From Chrysomallon squamiferum (Eukaryota > Animalia > Mollusca), in contig CM022670.1 of the NCBI GenBank assembly GCA_012295275.1, forward strand, positions 25,358,001-25,422,000: DNA of 64,000 nt. Reading direction: 5' to 3'. Both the position numbers and the translations under genes were made by a program. Positions within the stretch are counted from its first letter, which is position 1. Every line of letters starts with the position of its first letter. Positions 26,434 to 38,700 of the stretch are shown here, in pieces. The notes under the pieces were generated by a model. It was not told the origin of the DNA. It ran no database searches and saw only the letters and a list, made by a program, of their open reading frames with translations.

Positions 26434-28043
26434 TGATTTATTTATTTGAAAGGTCGGAGTTACATTTCTTATAATATTCTTCTTCACAAAACTCTTTAAC
26501 GAATTCACTTTGAATTTATTTCTAAGATTGTAACAGATAAAAATACATTTTGCTGTCAGTAAAGATTACAATTGTTTATCTTCACGTATGATCGTCACAA
26601 CTGATCTGAACCTGGTGATGGGAGTTTCAGTAGCAGGACGTCGATCTTTCAGGCTTTATGTTGAAAACATGTCCGCCCTAAAGCATTAAATTTTATTTTG
26701 TGTAGTTTTTATTGGTACATAGAACTATTCAAAAAAATAAAAATAATGGAATTAGAAATGAGTAATTGGCTTCTATGCCTTGGACTGAAGTTTGTGGCCT
26801 GTTTTCGTTGATAAAGAAATGAACATTTATTTGATGGGATTTATTTTACGGGCTGGTAGTTGCAATACATGCATCTAAAACTGATCAGATGCCTGCGCCT
26901 GGAAGTATTTTTTTATACTGTCAGTTTTGATTTCTTTTTTTGTTTAATTTAAATAATGTTTTAATTTTTTTTTTTTTTTTTTTTTTTACATACATAATGT
27001 TTAAAATAATGGCAGCTGAACAAGATACGGTGATTTTTATCGACCCTTTTCAAAGGTGGCAGAAGTTTATACCTCGACAACCAGAAATTTAGCGTAAATA
27101 GAAATATGAAGGGAATAACAGTGTTACTATTACTTACCGCTAAATAGAATTAATTGTAGACGTGTTTAATAGATGTTTTCTATTTCCCAGGCCATAACAA
27201 AAAAGTAGCAATTGACGACAATTTGTCTTACACACATACGCACTTGTACGCAAACTCACAAATCAATGCACACGCACTGTTGGTTGTAGAGCAGAACTCT
27301 TAAATAAGCCTGTCACAGTTACCATTGTTTTAATCTTTCGTACTAACACATAGTTATGTAGAAAAAATAAACAAAACAAAGAATAAAAGTTGTTTTAGCA
27401 TTTGTATAATACATAATAAACCCCAATAATTATAACGGTACCGAAATAAAAATACAGATGACTGCATATTTGTTCTGATTTATATTTTGAAAATTCCAGT
27501 TTCGAAATACAACGACCGTTCAGATTATGTGTGCCCTCTTTATCTTAGAATCCTTCTAATTAGTATTTATCTGGAGAAAATTAATAGCGCAATTAACATT
27601 CACAACGTGCATCCAAGATAAGACTGAAGTCAGGGTGTCTAAATATCCGACATGTGGCCATTTGGTTCACGTCAAATGGTAAAGGAATTAATTATGTTCC
27701 TTTGTTATTTTAGAGTTTGTGAACAGCCTTGTACGTATTTAAAATATATTTAAATATTAACATCTATACATGTACTTCATCTCGGAAAGAATTTTCCGAA
27801 CTCATCAGATTGTTTCAAATGGCGAAATTATAAGAACAGCCAAAACACGGACTTCCCTGATGTAAACTATAATACTGCAAAACTAGACCCAGAGAGACAG
27901 AGAGAAAAAGAAAAAAGAAAAAGAAGAGGAAAATAAAGAAAACCCACAACGAATCCAGAATTTTAGCAACAGTTGGTCAAAGCACATATACACACTTGTA
28001 CATTAATATATACATTCAGATACATAAATAGATATATATTTTT

Positions 28044-28074
<31 letters not shown>

Positions 28075-28440
28075 TATATAAAATTATGATGGGAAAGGCA
28101 CTTCTAAGAAACTGGCTAAAAATATTCACCGTTACCAGAAAGCACCTTAGTTCGGCTGTAAGCTATTAATTTGAACTAATTAATTTGCTTTTTGTTTTCT
28201 TTATTTCCTTGTTATCTTTATCTGAGTCAGTAAATCAAGGTGACTATAGAACAATTAGATCATCAGAGATATAACATTTCTTTCTCATTAACCTGATAAT
28301 TCACAAACTACGCAGACAATATCATAATTGTTTCAGCGTGCAACAAGTTAAAACAATATACGCCTCGGTCATTCGCAGTTTTAAAGAATAGAAAGTAAAT
28401 GTAATAACTAATAAATTTAAAAAGAAACTATTTTGCTGTG

Positions 28441-28494
<54 letters not shown>

Positions 28495-29017
28495 CGTGAC
28501 TGTTTTTTATGTATTTTTGTATGCTTTTACGTAGTATATGCATTCGACTTGTATGTGTATTGTATTTAATAAGCATACATACAGACACATATATATGTGC
28601 TTAAATAGATATACACATACATACATACATACATACATACATACATACATACATACATACAAATATACATAAATTATGTACATACACGTATATAACTATA
28701 AAACTTTCACAAGATAGACGCGTTTCCCAATAACTGTAGGTAACTCTCGATCAAAAACGATTCGATTTGTTTGAAAACTAATTGTTAATTTATTAACTTT
28801 TATTTTCTCAATGATTTATAATAACAAATCATAATATTAAAAAAAAAAAAAAAAATAAGAAAGAAAGAAGAGAAAAATAAAATCTAAAATGTTCACTAAT
28901 ATTACAGGAGGATGACTGTTCGAATAATAAATCATTTCGATAAAAATATCCATGAAATATCTGTGTTTAAATTACACATAGAAACAATAAAGCTAATTAA
29001 TACTAATTGTAATTTAC

Positions 29018-29060
<43 letters not shown>

Positions 29061-29175
29061 GATTTTAGAAATTTCAAATAAAAAAATTCAAGTAACACTT
29101 AAATAATTAAAAATTAAAATAATTTACCTCTAGAGCCACGATTCCAATAAAGACGAAGATGCTTTTGCAACCCAT
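23167..29175 (-). CDS. PDGF/VEGF-family ligand, paralog B (~310 aa; signal peptide, PDGF domain, Cys-rich CxC repeats)
   Basis: Exons: 29175-29128 (MGCKSIFVFIGIVALE), 26231-26117 (ISLINGEASLLRNLTNAKTLQEFLQNV), 25624-25568, 24848-24664 (ECSPRPVTVEIP...YWPKCTAIERCGGCCVSNMLKCSP), 23994-23714 (ERHLACVPVC...FNDADCVCRC...WDEDKCACRC...FNPLTCL), 23413-23167 (CEL...DPCLTQFCPPNFGKRIDPTNPNVCLCTPPFFFPGHK*). Splice phases are consistent throughout. The C-x10-C-x-C-x-C repeats resemble the tails of VEGF-C/D and invertebrate PVF proteins. Confidence 0.92.
25065..25320 (-). mobile_element. Tc1/mariner transposase relic in an intron of PDGF/VEGF paralog B
   Basis: The minus strand translates to DFNPIEHLLNILGIHALRRTLQPLILEQLQQTLLQKWGNILVEILKRTMRRR, which resembles the Tc1 DDE C-terminus (DLNPIEHLW...L..EW..I....SM.RR). 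This explains the ORF at 24986..25201. Confidence 0.7.
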
Positions 29176-29222
29176 CCTGAATTCAGCTCAAGTATTTGTC
29201 ACAAGTGGTAAAACAGCGTTCC

Positions 29223-29229
29223 TTTTATA
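29223..29229 (-). promoter_or_regulatory. TATA box of PDGF/VEGF paralog B
   Basis: TATAAAA on the minus strand, 47 nt upstream of the ATG at 29175. Confidence 0.55.
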
Positions 29230-29432
29230 CCTTCCTGTTAACTCTGTAAGAAGAACCCACTTTCATCATGGTAGGCCGTCTAATAATAATTTCTTGTTTA
29301 GTGACGTAATTACATTTGAGAAAAACAAAACAGCAACAGCATCCAGATAAAAATTATAACTCCTTGAGAAGATATGATGAAACTCTGGATTTTATTTATT
29401 TATTTATTTATTTATTATCTGTTGTTTTGTTT

Positions 29433-29483
<51 letters not shown>

Positions 29484-29511
29484 GTTGCTGTTGTTGGTAT
29501 TATTATTATTA

Positions 29512-29568
<57 letters not shown>

Positions 29569-29698
29569 AAAACCCTTTAATTTCATTAACAAGTTATTAT
29601 TAAATAAAAAGTCACGTTATATTTAAGGTAATTAATTTTCACCATCACAGTTTATTAAACAATTTAATTTAGATTCATTATAGAAATTCATTTATCAT

Positions 29699-29811
<113 letters not shown>

Positions 29812-29923
29812 TTACTGGATAAGGGAGACAACCAGTAACATTACCTGAAATTGGACAATCGTTTTTCGGCAATGAAACTAGCACGACCAGATTTTCAAGA
29901 TTGTAGTAAGAAGTGATAAAAAC

Positions 29924-30581
29924 AGAGATTATATATTTTTAGAACTCCTACCACCTGTTACTTGTGTAATCATTAAAACTACAGTTTTTGGGGTTGTTTT
30001 TTTTATAAAACTGTCATTCTTTTTAGAAAACTGCTGATAGAAGAAAAAAACAAATTCATTTTACAGACAGGATATCATGAAAAAGAGAGAAAAAAAATAA
30101 AATGTATATTCATAGTTATGATATTTCAGGTATTTTTGGGGGTTCTGTGGGTTTTTTTGTGCGAATATTAGCGAATATTAGGTTCCGTATATCATGTTTC
30201 ATGCAAAATATCAGAAAAATAGACGACATTAATCGTACATTAAACACTATGTATACTACATACAAATATATATAACACGTGTTGCTTTATAGCGATGAGA
30301 GCATCAGTTGATTCTTATATTTAATATAATAAAAACAGACTGGAAAAAAAAATAGTGCATATAACACTGTAGTATGCACTATGTGTATATTGTATCATAT
30401 ACACCTTTTTTTATTCTTTTTATTTGTGTTTACTGAAAAAAACACCAAAATGTTTTCAGTAAAAAGTCTGTAAATGTTTTTTACATTTCCATATTTCTCT
30501 CATTTTTGCGAGACATGCGCAGTTTGCTTCTTGAGTGACAGCAGATCACGGAGAATAATAATGACCGTTTGTTCGCCTGAG

Positions 30582-30679
<98 letters not shown>

Positions 30680-31177
30680 GCTCGAATTTGTTAAAATAAT
30701 TATATTAACTTTCATAAAACTCTGGTTCTATTGATATTACACGTAATTTAATGTAAAAAAAACCTATCACAGACAATTGTGTAATAATTTATTTCATTTC
30801 TCATCCATTCTCACATGCTCTATATCCTAGCTGCTAGCTATAAAGTGGTTAACATTCTTTCAGCGATATATCAAATTAGGAAACAAATAATAGGAACAAA
30901 CTGTTATATTTTTTACCCGAAAATATCTAGGTAATCGATGCGAATACTGATCAAAACCATAAAACATAACGTTTCCTCATTACAGTAAATTTCTTTTTCT
31001 TCTTTCCGCTTTTATTATTATTATTTTTTTAAATGGATAATGATATCCTATCTATGAAACGTTTTAGGGATTTTATATCATTAGTTTCCTAAAAAGGATG
31101 ACAGTTTTACAACAAACTGAAGTTTTCGTGGTTACACAAGCAACAGATGGTAGGAGTTCTGAAAGTATAAAATCTCT
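29924..31177. repeat. Diverged inverted repeat (arms ~29924-30078 and ~31040-31177), each arm ending in a TATA-like box
   Basis: Reverse complement of the left arm: ATGATATCCTGTCTG...TTTTCTAAAAAGAATGACAGTTTTA...GATTACACAAGTAACAGGTGGTAGGAGTTCTAAAAATATATAATCTCT. Right arm: ATGATATCCTATCTA...TTTCCTAAAAAGGATGACAGTTTTA...GGTTACACAAGCAACAGATGGTAGGAGTTCTGAAAGTATAAAATCTCT. Confidence 0.85.
30584..30673. repeat. (CT)n microsatellite, ~45 units
   Basis: Seen directly; lies near the centre of the inverted repeat. Confidence 0.95.
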
Positions 31178-31244
31178 TCAGTTCTCTGCATCTTCGAATC
31201 TTCCTCCTCTAGCTAGACCACTGAGGTATGTATAGAGCAATAAA

Positions 31245-31284
<40 letters not shown>

Positions 31285-31697
31285 AGGCGTGCGTGTTTAA
31301 GCATATTCTTTTTTATTGAAAAAATAATCATTTTCTTATTTTAGGGATTCGAAATGATTCACTGAGTATTTCGTTTGGTTTTAAAGATAATTAGCTTGCA
31401 ATGGGTTGTTTTTGTGGTTTCCGATTCGACATTTTTCACTTTATATTTTCAAGATTTTAAATTCATGAGGTGGCGTCCTCTATCATATAGCTCGAGTTGC
31501 CTATACCTTCAGCTGACGTTATAAAATCATAAGCATAATTAATTTTATTAGCATTTAACACTGTCATTTCTGTCATTTTATGACACACATACAAAATATA
31601 GAAGATTTTTTTTTTGTTATTGTTATTATTTTAAACAATGTGAATCACCTATTTAAGCGTTACGGGAAATAAAATGCATTTTTGTTTTCTCTTTTTC

Positions 31698-31755
<58 letters not shown>

Positions 31756-32799
31756 CTTTTTTGCTATTTTTTCGTATAGGCCTACTAATGGGACAAACAC
31801 CTCATAGAAAAATCACGATATTTTATTTTTATTATTAATATTTTTTATTTATTATTATTTTGCTGGTTTATGTATAATACCTGTAATCATTATCACCAAC
31901 ATAATTAAAAAAAAAAAAAAAAAAAAACAACACACACACAAACAAACAAAAAAAAAAAAAAACAAAACTTTTGTATCGTGTTTGGACCATAAGTAAACTT
32001 TATTTGTAAGTAATATAAACAGAGCGCATAGGAGAAAAAAGCTGTGGACATATGGCAGAAAGTATGGAATTTTCTACAATAGTGCCGGTCTTTGGCGGCC
32101 TCCTGGATGAGCGGCCAGCTACGATCTACGACCACTTTTCCTCGTCCTCTTTGTTTTCAAAATGAACGCGGACGCAGACAGCATTCTTAAAATTATTATT
32201 CCACTGCTAAAGCGGACAATCATACTGATTTGGTTTTGTCTTCATCCAAATAAATAAATAATGTTATAGTTGTACGGCAGCTTTACATAATATTTTAAAA
32301 GATGTTTCCTGCACTGCACAGTGCATGTATAGAGTGTGTTATTTTTGTCGAGTCACAAGAGGCTGGGAACTGTAATCGCCGAACATTTTCTCGACAAAAT
32401 CATGCGATTTCAGCCCGGCTTCGACGATTTATGTTTGTTATGGGTACTAGTATTGTACATTTGAATACCCAGGTATCCCTACAAGACAGGTATAAGGATT
32501 TTGCACAGTCCTAACTTAAAGGGAAACAAATGTTACAGACAATTATTTGCAGAGAGCTGACTGAAACTATTTTATCATTTCTGTCATCACTAAAACTGTT
32601 TATATATTTTTAACTTAAAAATATAGACAAACTTTGTTACATAAAAAGTATAACTACATATATAAATAATGTATGCTTATTTAAAGAAGAAAAAAACAAA
32701 CATCCATGAGCAAATCTAGCCACATTTTTAGTATGTGTTCTGAATTGCCTAATTCTATAAATTAAATTTTCATAATATTGCTTGATATTTATAGAATTA

Positions 32800-34690
32800 T
32801 TTCTGGCTGAAAGTATGAAATTTGGCAGGGCAGGAGATCCTGTTGGATTTAAATGACTAGCCGCTAAATATTACCGATCGAGTGATGCAGATGGGCCTTT
32901 ATTAATTTCCATGTGAAAGTGTTCTACAGAATACACGACTGATTGGTTAAATTCGTTTATTTTCGTCATAACTTTGATAAAAAATAAAATTTCTTTTAAT
33001 TTCGTTTTATCCTCTACACAGCAAATGAAACAAAATGCATCTGCCTGGATTTGTTAAAAGAACCTGTCTGCTGTTGATTGATATAGATAGGCAAGAATAA
33101 TTTCTCCTGCTTTTGCCAAGAAAACTGATTGACGTGTAATTGTCAGAATGGGTTAAGCCGTTCACCGTCGCTACAGTTATGACTTGACAATTTGCATTTA
33201 ATTTGACTGTCTCTGGAACGAGATTATACCACAACAAATGTATTGTAAATTTAATTCAGACAAATATGGGTTTTCTGATCAGACCGGCACATACAAATGT
33301 AAATTAAATATTAATTCAGTGGGCGCATTTCTCCAAATTAACAACAGTTTTAAAAAATAAATAATCTTCAGTTTTATTGAGGGTCGTTTTTTAGTCTGGT
33401 TTAGTATTTTCATACAGGGGCAAATAATCGGGATGACTGATTCTGACCGAAACACCAGGCTAACCGGAACAAGCAAAATGAGTTACCAAAACTTTCAGGA
33501 CGTAATTATGTTCGCATTTTTTTATTAGGCACGGGTTATTTCGTAGAATCACGTATATACGAAACCAGAAACCAAACTGAGGGCGGTTGCTCCTTATTTT
33601 AATAGTATAAACAAGGAAAGAAATGGCTTGTGTGGGGTATTTAGTTGCAGACATAACTTGTTTAGTGCAAGTCTGAAGAGGGATTTCAAAAAGTTTTTGT
33701 AAATGCTACTGAAATTGCAAATGAACTTGAAATAGTCCCAGACTTTGAAACAGATCGAATTAGAACCAGGAGAAAGAAACGGCAGTTTGAATATGAGGCC
33801 CAAGAAGAGGCATCACATGATCCAAGTCAGAAATTTAAAGTAAGTTTTTTACTATGCAGTTTTAGACTTGGCCATATAATCTATTGATGAGAGATACTTA
33901 CAGCTACAACATTATAATTCACTCTGTATAAAATATACAATATAAAGAATAAATCTATTGACGATATACTTAAGGGCTGCAAGAATCTGGAAAAATCTTT
34001 GATGCTTTAATGGAAACAAATATATTGATGCTGAGGAGCTATGCTGTGAACGTTTAGCCATAGCTTGAAGACCAAAAGAAGTACTTCTTTCCACACTCCA
34101 ACACATTGTTTTGGATAATTTCCCTAATTCCCTAGTTGCTATTGCACTAAGGATCCTTCACACACTTCCAGTATCAGTGGCAAGTGTGAGCGTAGTTTCT
34201 CAAAGTTCAAGCTTATAAAATATTCGCTGTACAATATTTCAAGAGAGTCTAGTTGGCTTGGCAATTATATAAACTGAGCATAATCAGGATTCATCTCTTG
34301 ATTTAGCAATCTCAGATTTTGAATTGACCTTCTGTTTGCATTTATCCCTCGTCCAAATTGGGTTTCAAATGTTTTGGTACTGAGTGTCTGTAGAACTGTC
34401 CATTATGCTGTTAGCTCATCTCTAATGTCTGTCTTTATGTTTGTTTACTCTTGTCTTAATTTTGCAAATACAATAGTATCAAGTAGTGTTTTGGGGGGTG
34501 TCCGGACATTTGAACAGAGAGGGGTAATTTTTATTTTATTTTTTTAATTACCATTCGTCAGTGCTCAAAAATGTATGAAAAACATTTGTTAAAAAATGTA
34601 CAGTTTTTCAAAATTTGAAACTGATATTTTACTAGAGGCGCAGAATCTAACCTTCCTAGGGCGCCAGATAGTTTGGTGCCGGCAGTGGTT
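32800..34690 (+). mobile_element. Decayed hAT-superfamily DNA transposon (ZMYM1/Tip100-like transposase pseudogene)
   Basis: ~33670-33920 translates to SEEGFQKVFVNATEIANELEIVPDFETDRIRTRRKKRQFEYEAQEEASHDPSQKFKV..YYAVLDLAI*SIDERY. ~34118-34220 gives NFPN..AIALRILHTLPVSVAS/ERSFSKFKLIK, the hAT C-terminal dimerisation motif. Contains stops and frameshifts; boundaries are approximate. Confidence 0.88.
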
Positions 34691-35736
34691 CTGGTATTAT
34701 AAATGTTTTGCCGTACATGTTGAGTGTGTGTGTGTGTGTGTGTGCAAGCGCAAGCGTGCGTGCGTGTGTATCTCTTTATATGTAGGTAGATAGGCAGAAG
34801 GACAGGTGGAAAAAAATTAATATTAAGAGAAAAAAAATTAAAACTATACCTTCAGATTTTATCTTCCTGTCTTTTTCTGCAGTCTCCTATAATTATTTTA
34901 AGATGGGTGTGAAGTTATTTATAAGATTAAATTTCATGAATAATTAATGATCCTTTGTCCAGTATAATAATTCAGTATGTATAGAAGCACTGTAGTATTT
35001 AATATTTAATTAATATTAAATGAGGACTTCAAATCTCAAAGAATAGTTCAAAATTGTTCATCGGAGAGTTAACAGAAAATGGGTATATGTTGCACTGATT
35101 TTCATAATTAGGTGATTAATTAGATCTACGCATATTATTTATTATCAACCCTTTTCAAAAACTACATATGTTGTGGTTTTATTACTTTGTTGCTAAACAA
35201 TTAAATCTAAGCAGTAGGCCAAACGTATTAATTTTATGTTGTTTGATGCATTCAGTGCACAAGAACTGATCAGTTTTTGTTAAATAAATACTCAGCGTAT
35301 TTTGGTTACAAGGATACAAGGAACATTTTTTATTTATTTATTTATTTATTTATTTTTTTTTTTTTTTTTTTTTTTATTTATTATTATTATTATTATTTTA
35401 TTTATCGAAAAAAAATAGTATTAAGATATTGAATAAAACCTCTGCAAATAAGGAGCAGACTAAGCTTTAATATTAACATTATTATATTTTTAAAACACTT
35501 ATTCACATTTCTAAATTTATATGATCAGCGTCATAATTATAATGCAACATTGATTTAAGGTCTTTTTCTAATGGATCTTTGTTTGAACAGTATAAAATTC
35601 AACCGTGCATTTATATTACTACGTAAACAGAAATATGTGACAGACACCAGTCAACGCCGGAAGCTATGAAAATAGATACTGAAATTCAACAAAGCGTGAT
35701 AGATTTAAATATAAATATTATATATTTTATTTCTGA

Positions 35737-38700
35737 ATGGAGTTTGTATATTCTGTGGATTTTCGGGCTCTGCCCCGGTCAGGGGATTGGGCATTTGAAG
35801 AAAATACCTGCTGCAGCTTGTCGTGTCGAAATATTTTAGCGTTCAGTCGGCCAAATAATCTGAAAGCAAAACATTCAGTGAGGTACACTTTACTTTTTAG
35901 ATTATCATTATGATTATATAAATAAGCTGCATGATATTTAAAAAATATTTAGAAAATAAAATAAGTAAAAAATAGAAACTTAAAAATTAATTAATCACTC
36001 CTCGAGGTGTCCACTTGAAGAAAAAACTGCACGGTAACTAGTTACTTTTGACTTTTTTGTTTGTTGCGATTACAATTTACAGGGTTTTTATGACACTGTT
36101 ATCAGTACTGTAAGTAATAACTATTGGTTTATTTTCCAAAAACAATACGTGCGTTCTCAACAAAACAATCATGGAATTCTCGAAGACTGTACGGTGTACC
36201 TACATGATGATGATACATCTACATGAAACTTGAAAGCTAACGTTGTAACGATGGTCGTACCCACTAATGACCACAAGAGCCGGTTTATAATCATTTTACT
36301 TGTTATGAAAAAAAAAAATAAAGGTAGTTTTATATATAATCTGTAAGTATCAGTATCATTGAAAAATAGTTTATTTGACAACAAGTGAATTCTGGTCTAA
36401 TCGTGAACAACACAAATTGACAAATCATTTAAAAAGAAATGATTATTAATCAGAATTTACGTTTCATCAAATAAACTCCCAACTATTTCACCTGTAAGTG
36501 TAACTGGAGTTGTGATTATACGATATATTTTCTTTTGTAGACTTAAAGTACTGGGCAGGTTGTAATAAAAACAGTGTAATCTGAATAATCAAGTAGGTAC
36601 ATGACAAAATCATGTTGTTTACTTGTATCCCATCTGAACTGCATGAACTCCAAAACTGGTGTTGTGGTTCATCTGGTTTTTAAATTTCCAGAATAAAATA
36701 CCTTTTAGACACTTAGAACAAACACATATCAGAGTAGGCTTTTCTATTCTGCTGCCCATCTGGCAGGAACCCTGCTCTTGCTAAAGAAATTATTTTGGAA
36801 GAGAGAGATTGTAATTACTATCAAACAAATATATGAAGATAAATCAATTAAAAATAAATATAAATAAATAAACAAGAACATATATATATATTTGTGTGTG
36901 TGTGTGTGTGTGTGTGTTTGTGTGTAAAATTATAAATATATAATAATTGAAAAACAAGAATAATGATTAAACATTAAAAAAGTAATATTTTACTTTTTGT
37001 ATGTATATATATGGCCACCAGAATTGAGGATGTTGTCCCAATAATTTGATCAGTTGAGATCCTCGTCCAAAGAATTTTACCATTTTATTAAATTTTATTT
37101 GTATCACAAAATGGTAACTAAATGAATGCTGTTTAATGTTTCAGTATATAATTTGCTTTTCTTCTTATATATAATTACGACATATTTTATCACAATCAAA
37201 TATTTATAATGTCCAAATTTATAATGAAAATAGTTTCTCCAGTGTCTGCAGTTCAAAATGTTCAGGGTGCCCTTCAATGCACCCTTTGTTGCACTCAACA
37301 TCTGTTCTGCCACACCTGTGTCACAGTCATAGGATGAATTTAATACTTGATTCATTTTATTCATAATGTGTGTGTTTGTGTAATACATGCTGAGTACAAC
37401 TTATATACAGCTAAACAGCTAAATATAAATCACAATTTTATGTACTTCGTTACGTTATTTGAAAATACATGAATTAATAGCATATATATAGATATACATA
37501 TAATAAATGCTGAATACAACTTACATACAGCTAAATATAAATCACTTTATTATGTTATTTGAAAATACATTAGTTAACACCATATGTTTGTAAATATTAC
37601 ATATTTTGATAAAAGACTTTATTTAAGATTCTAAAGTTAGGTTTAGTTACTTAATAACAATTAAAATATCTCTGTCCACTTGTGTACCAGTCCATACAAG
37701 GCAAGTATATGTCAGATGCAGCAATCATGATGGTTGTACTTGTATTTATATTTAAGCATGTTCATGGAGTCTTTTGTTTCTGTGAAGCTGATACATTGTT
37801 TGATCAGAGGAATTATTTGTTAAAAAATAAAGTTAATAATATTTGCAGATTCACATATTTTATTGCAAACTGCAATATAGATGTCACATTTAATTAAGTT
37901 TGATCAAAACAACAATCATAGATTCATACAAATGACATTTCTTATGATTTATTACAAACACAAGAATCTGACACATAAGAATCTCTTTTTATGCATATTA
38001 TTATTAAGTACACTTTAGAATAATATTAAAATTGCAAAGGATTCTTTTAATTTTACTTCACAGTTTGTTATTTTGTATTTAACAAAAAATAAATTCTAAC
38101 ACTAAAGTTTTGTATTTCTTAGATAATGTTTTTATTTTCTCTTAAATAATAACTGTAATAATGTGGGAAAACAATTTGTTTAATATGCTGTTTATTATGT
38201 TTAATTAATTGTTTTTCTGGTAGAAAAGACAAAAACATATTTTCATAACAAGCTAGTGTTATCTTTGAGTTGTTTCTTTGACCTACATTTATATGAGACA
38301 TTTGTTTTTTGTCAGAACTTGGAATCTAATTTTCTATTGTGTAGTTAACTCTGACATTTTCTTATATTAATTACAGTCCAAACAGTTATCTCTACAGCAT
38401 TCTTGAAGTGCATTCTGTGGGCTTAGGTGTCTGCATTCAGTACCTATCTTCATAGATGACAGATTTTGCTGAGAAAAAAAATGAAAAAGACATAAATTAC
38501 AATCTCTTTAGAAATGAAGTCAAATAGTTTATTGTGACCTAACCATTCTTATCTCTGAAGTACAAAAGTACATGTTATGCTAAGTATTATTTCATGCACA
38601 CAAATTATATATTTTATTTTACTACTACTACTAGTACTGATACTACTACTACTATTATTATTGTTGTTGTTGTTGTTTTACATCAGTACATGTGATAATA

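Noticed and set aside
27137-27330. Alternative signal-peptide exon for PDGF/VEGF paralog B
   Set aside because: In-frame stops occur in the required frame; exon 29175-29128 with its TATA box fits much better.
32080-34690. Possible hAT terminal inverted repeats (TAGTGCCGGT at ~32080 and GCCGGCAGTG at ~34678)
   Set aside because: The match is imperfect and there is no 8-bp target-site duplication, so the element ends are not called.
36170-37390. Possible nested gene or snoRNA in MED16 intron 1
   Set aside because: The short ORFs lack consistent splice sites or motifs, and no convincing C/D box pair with a terminal stem was found.
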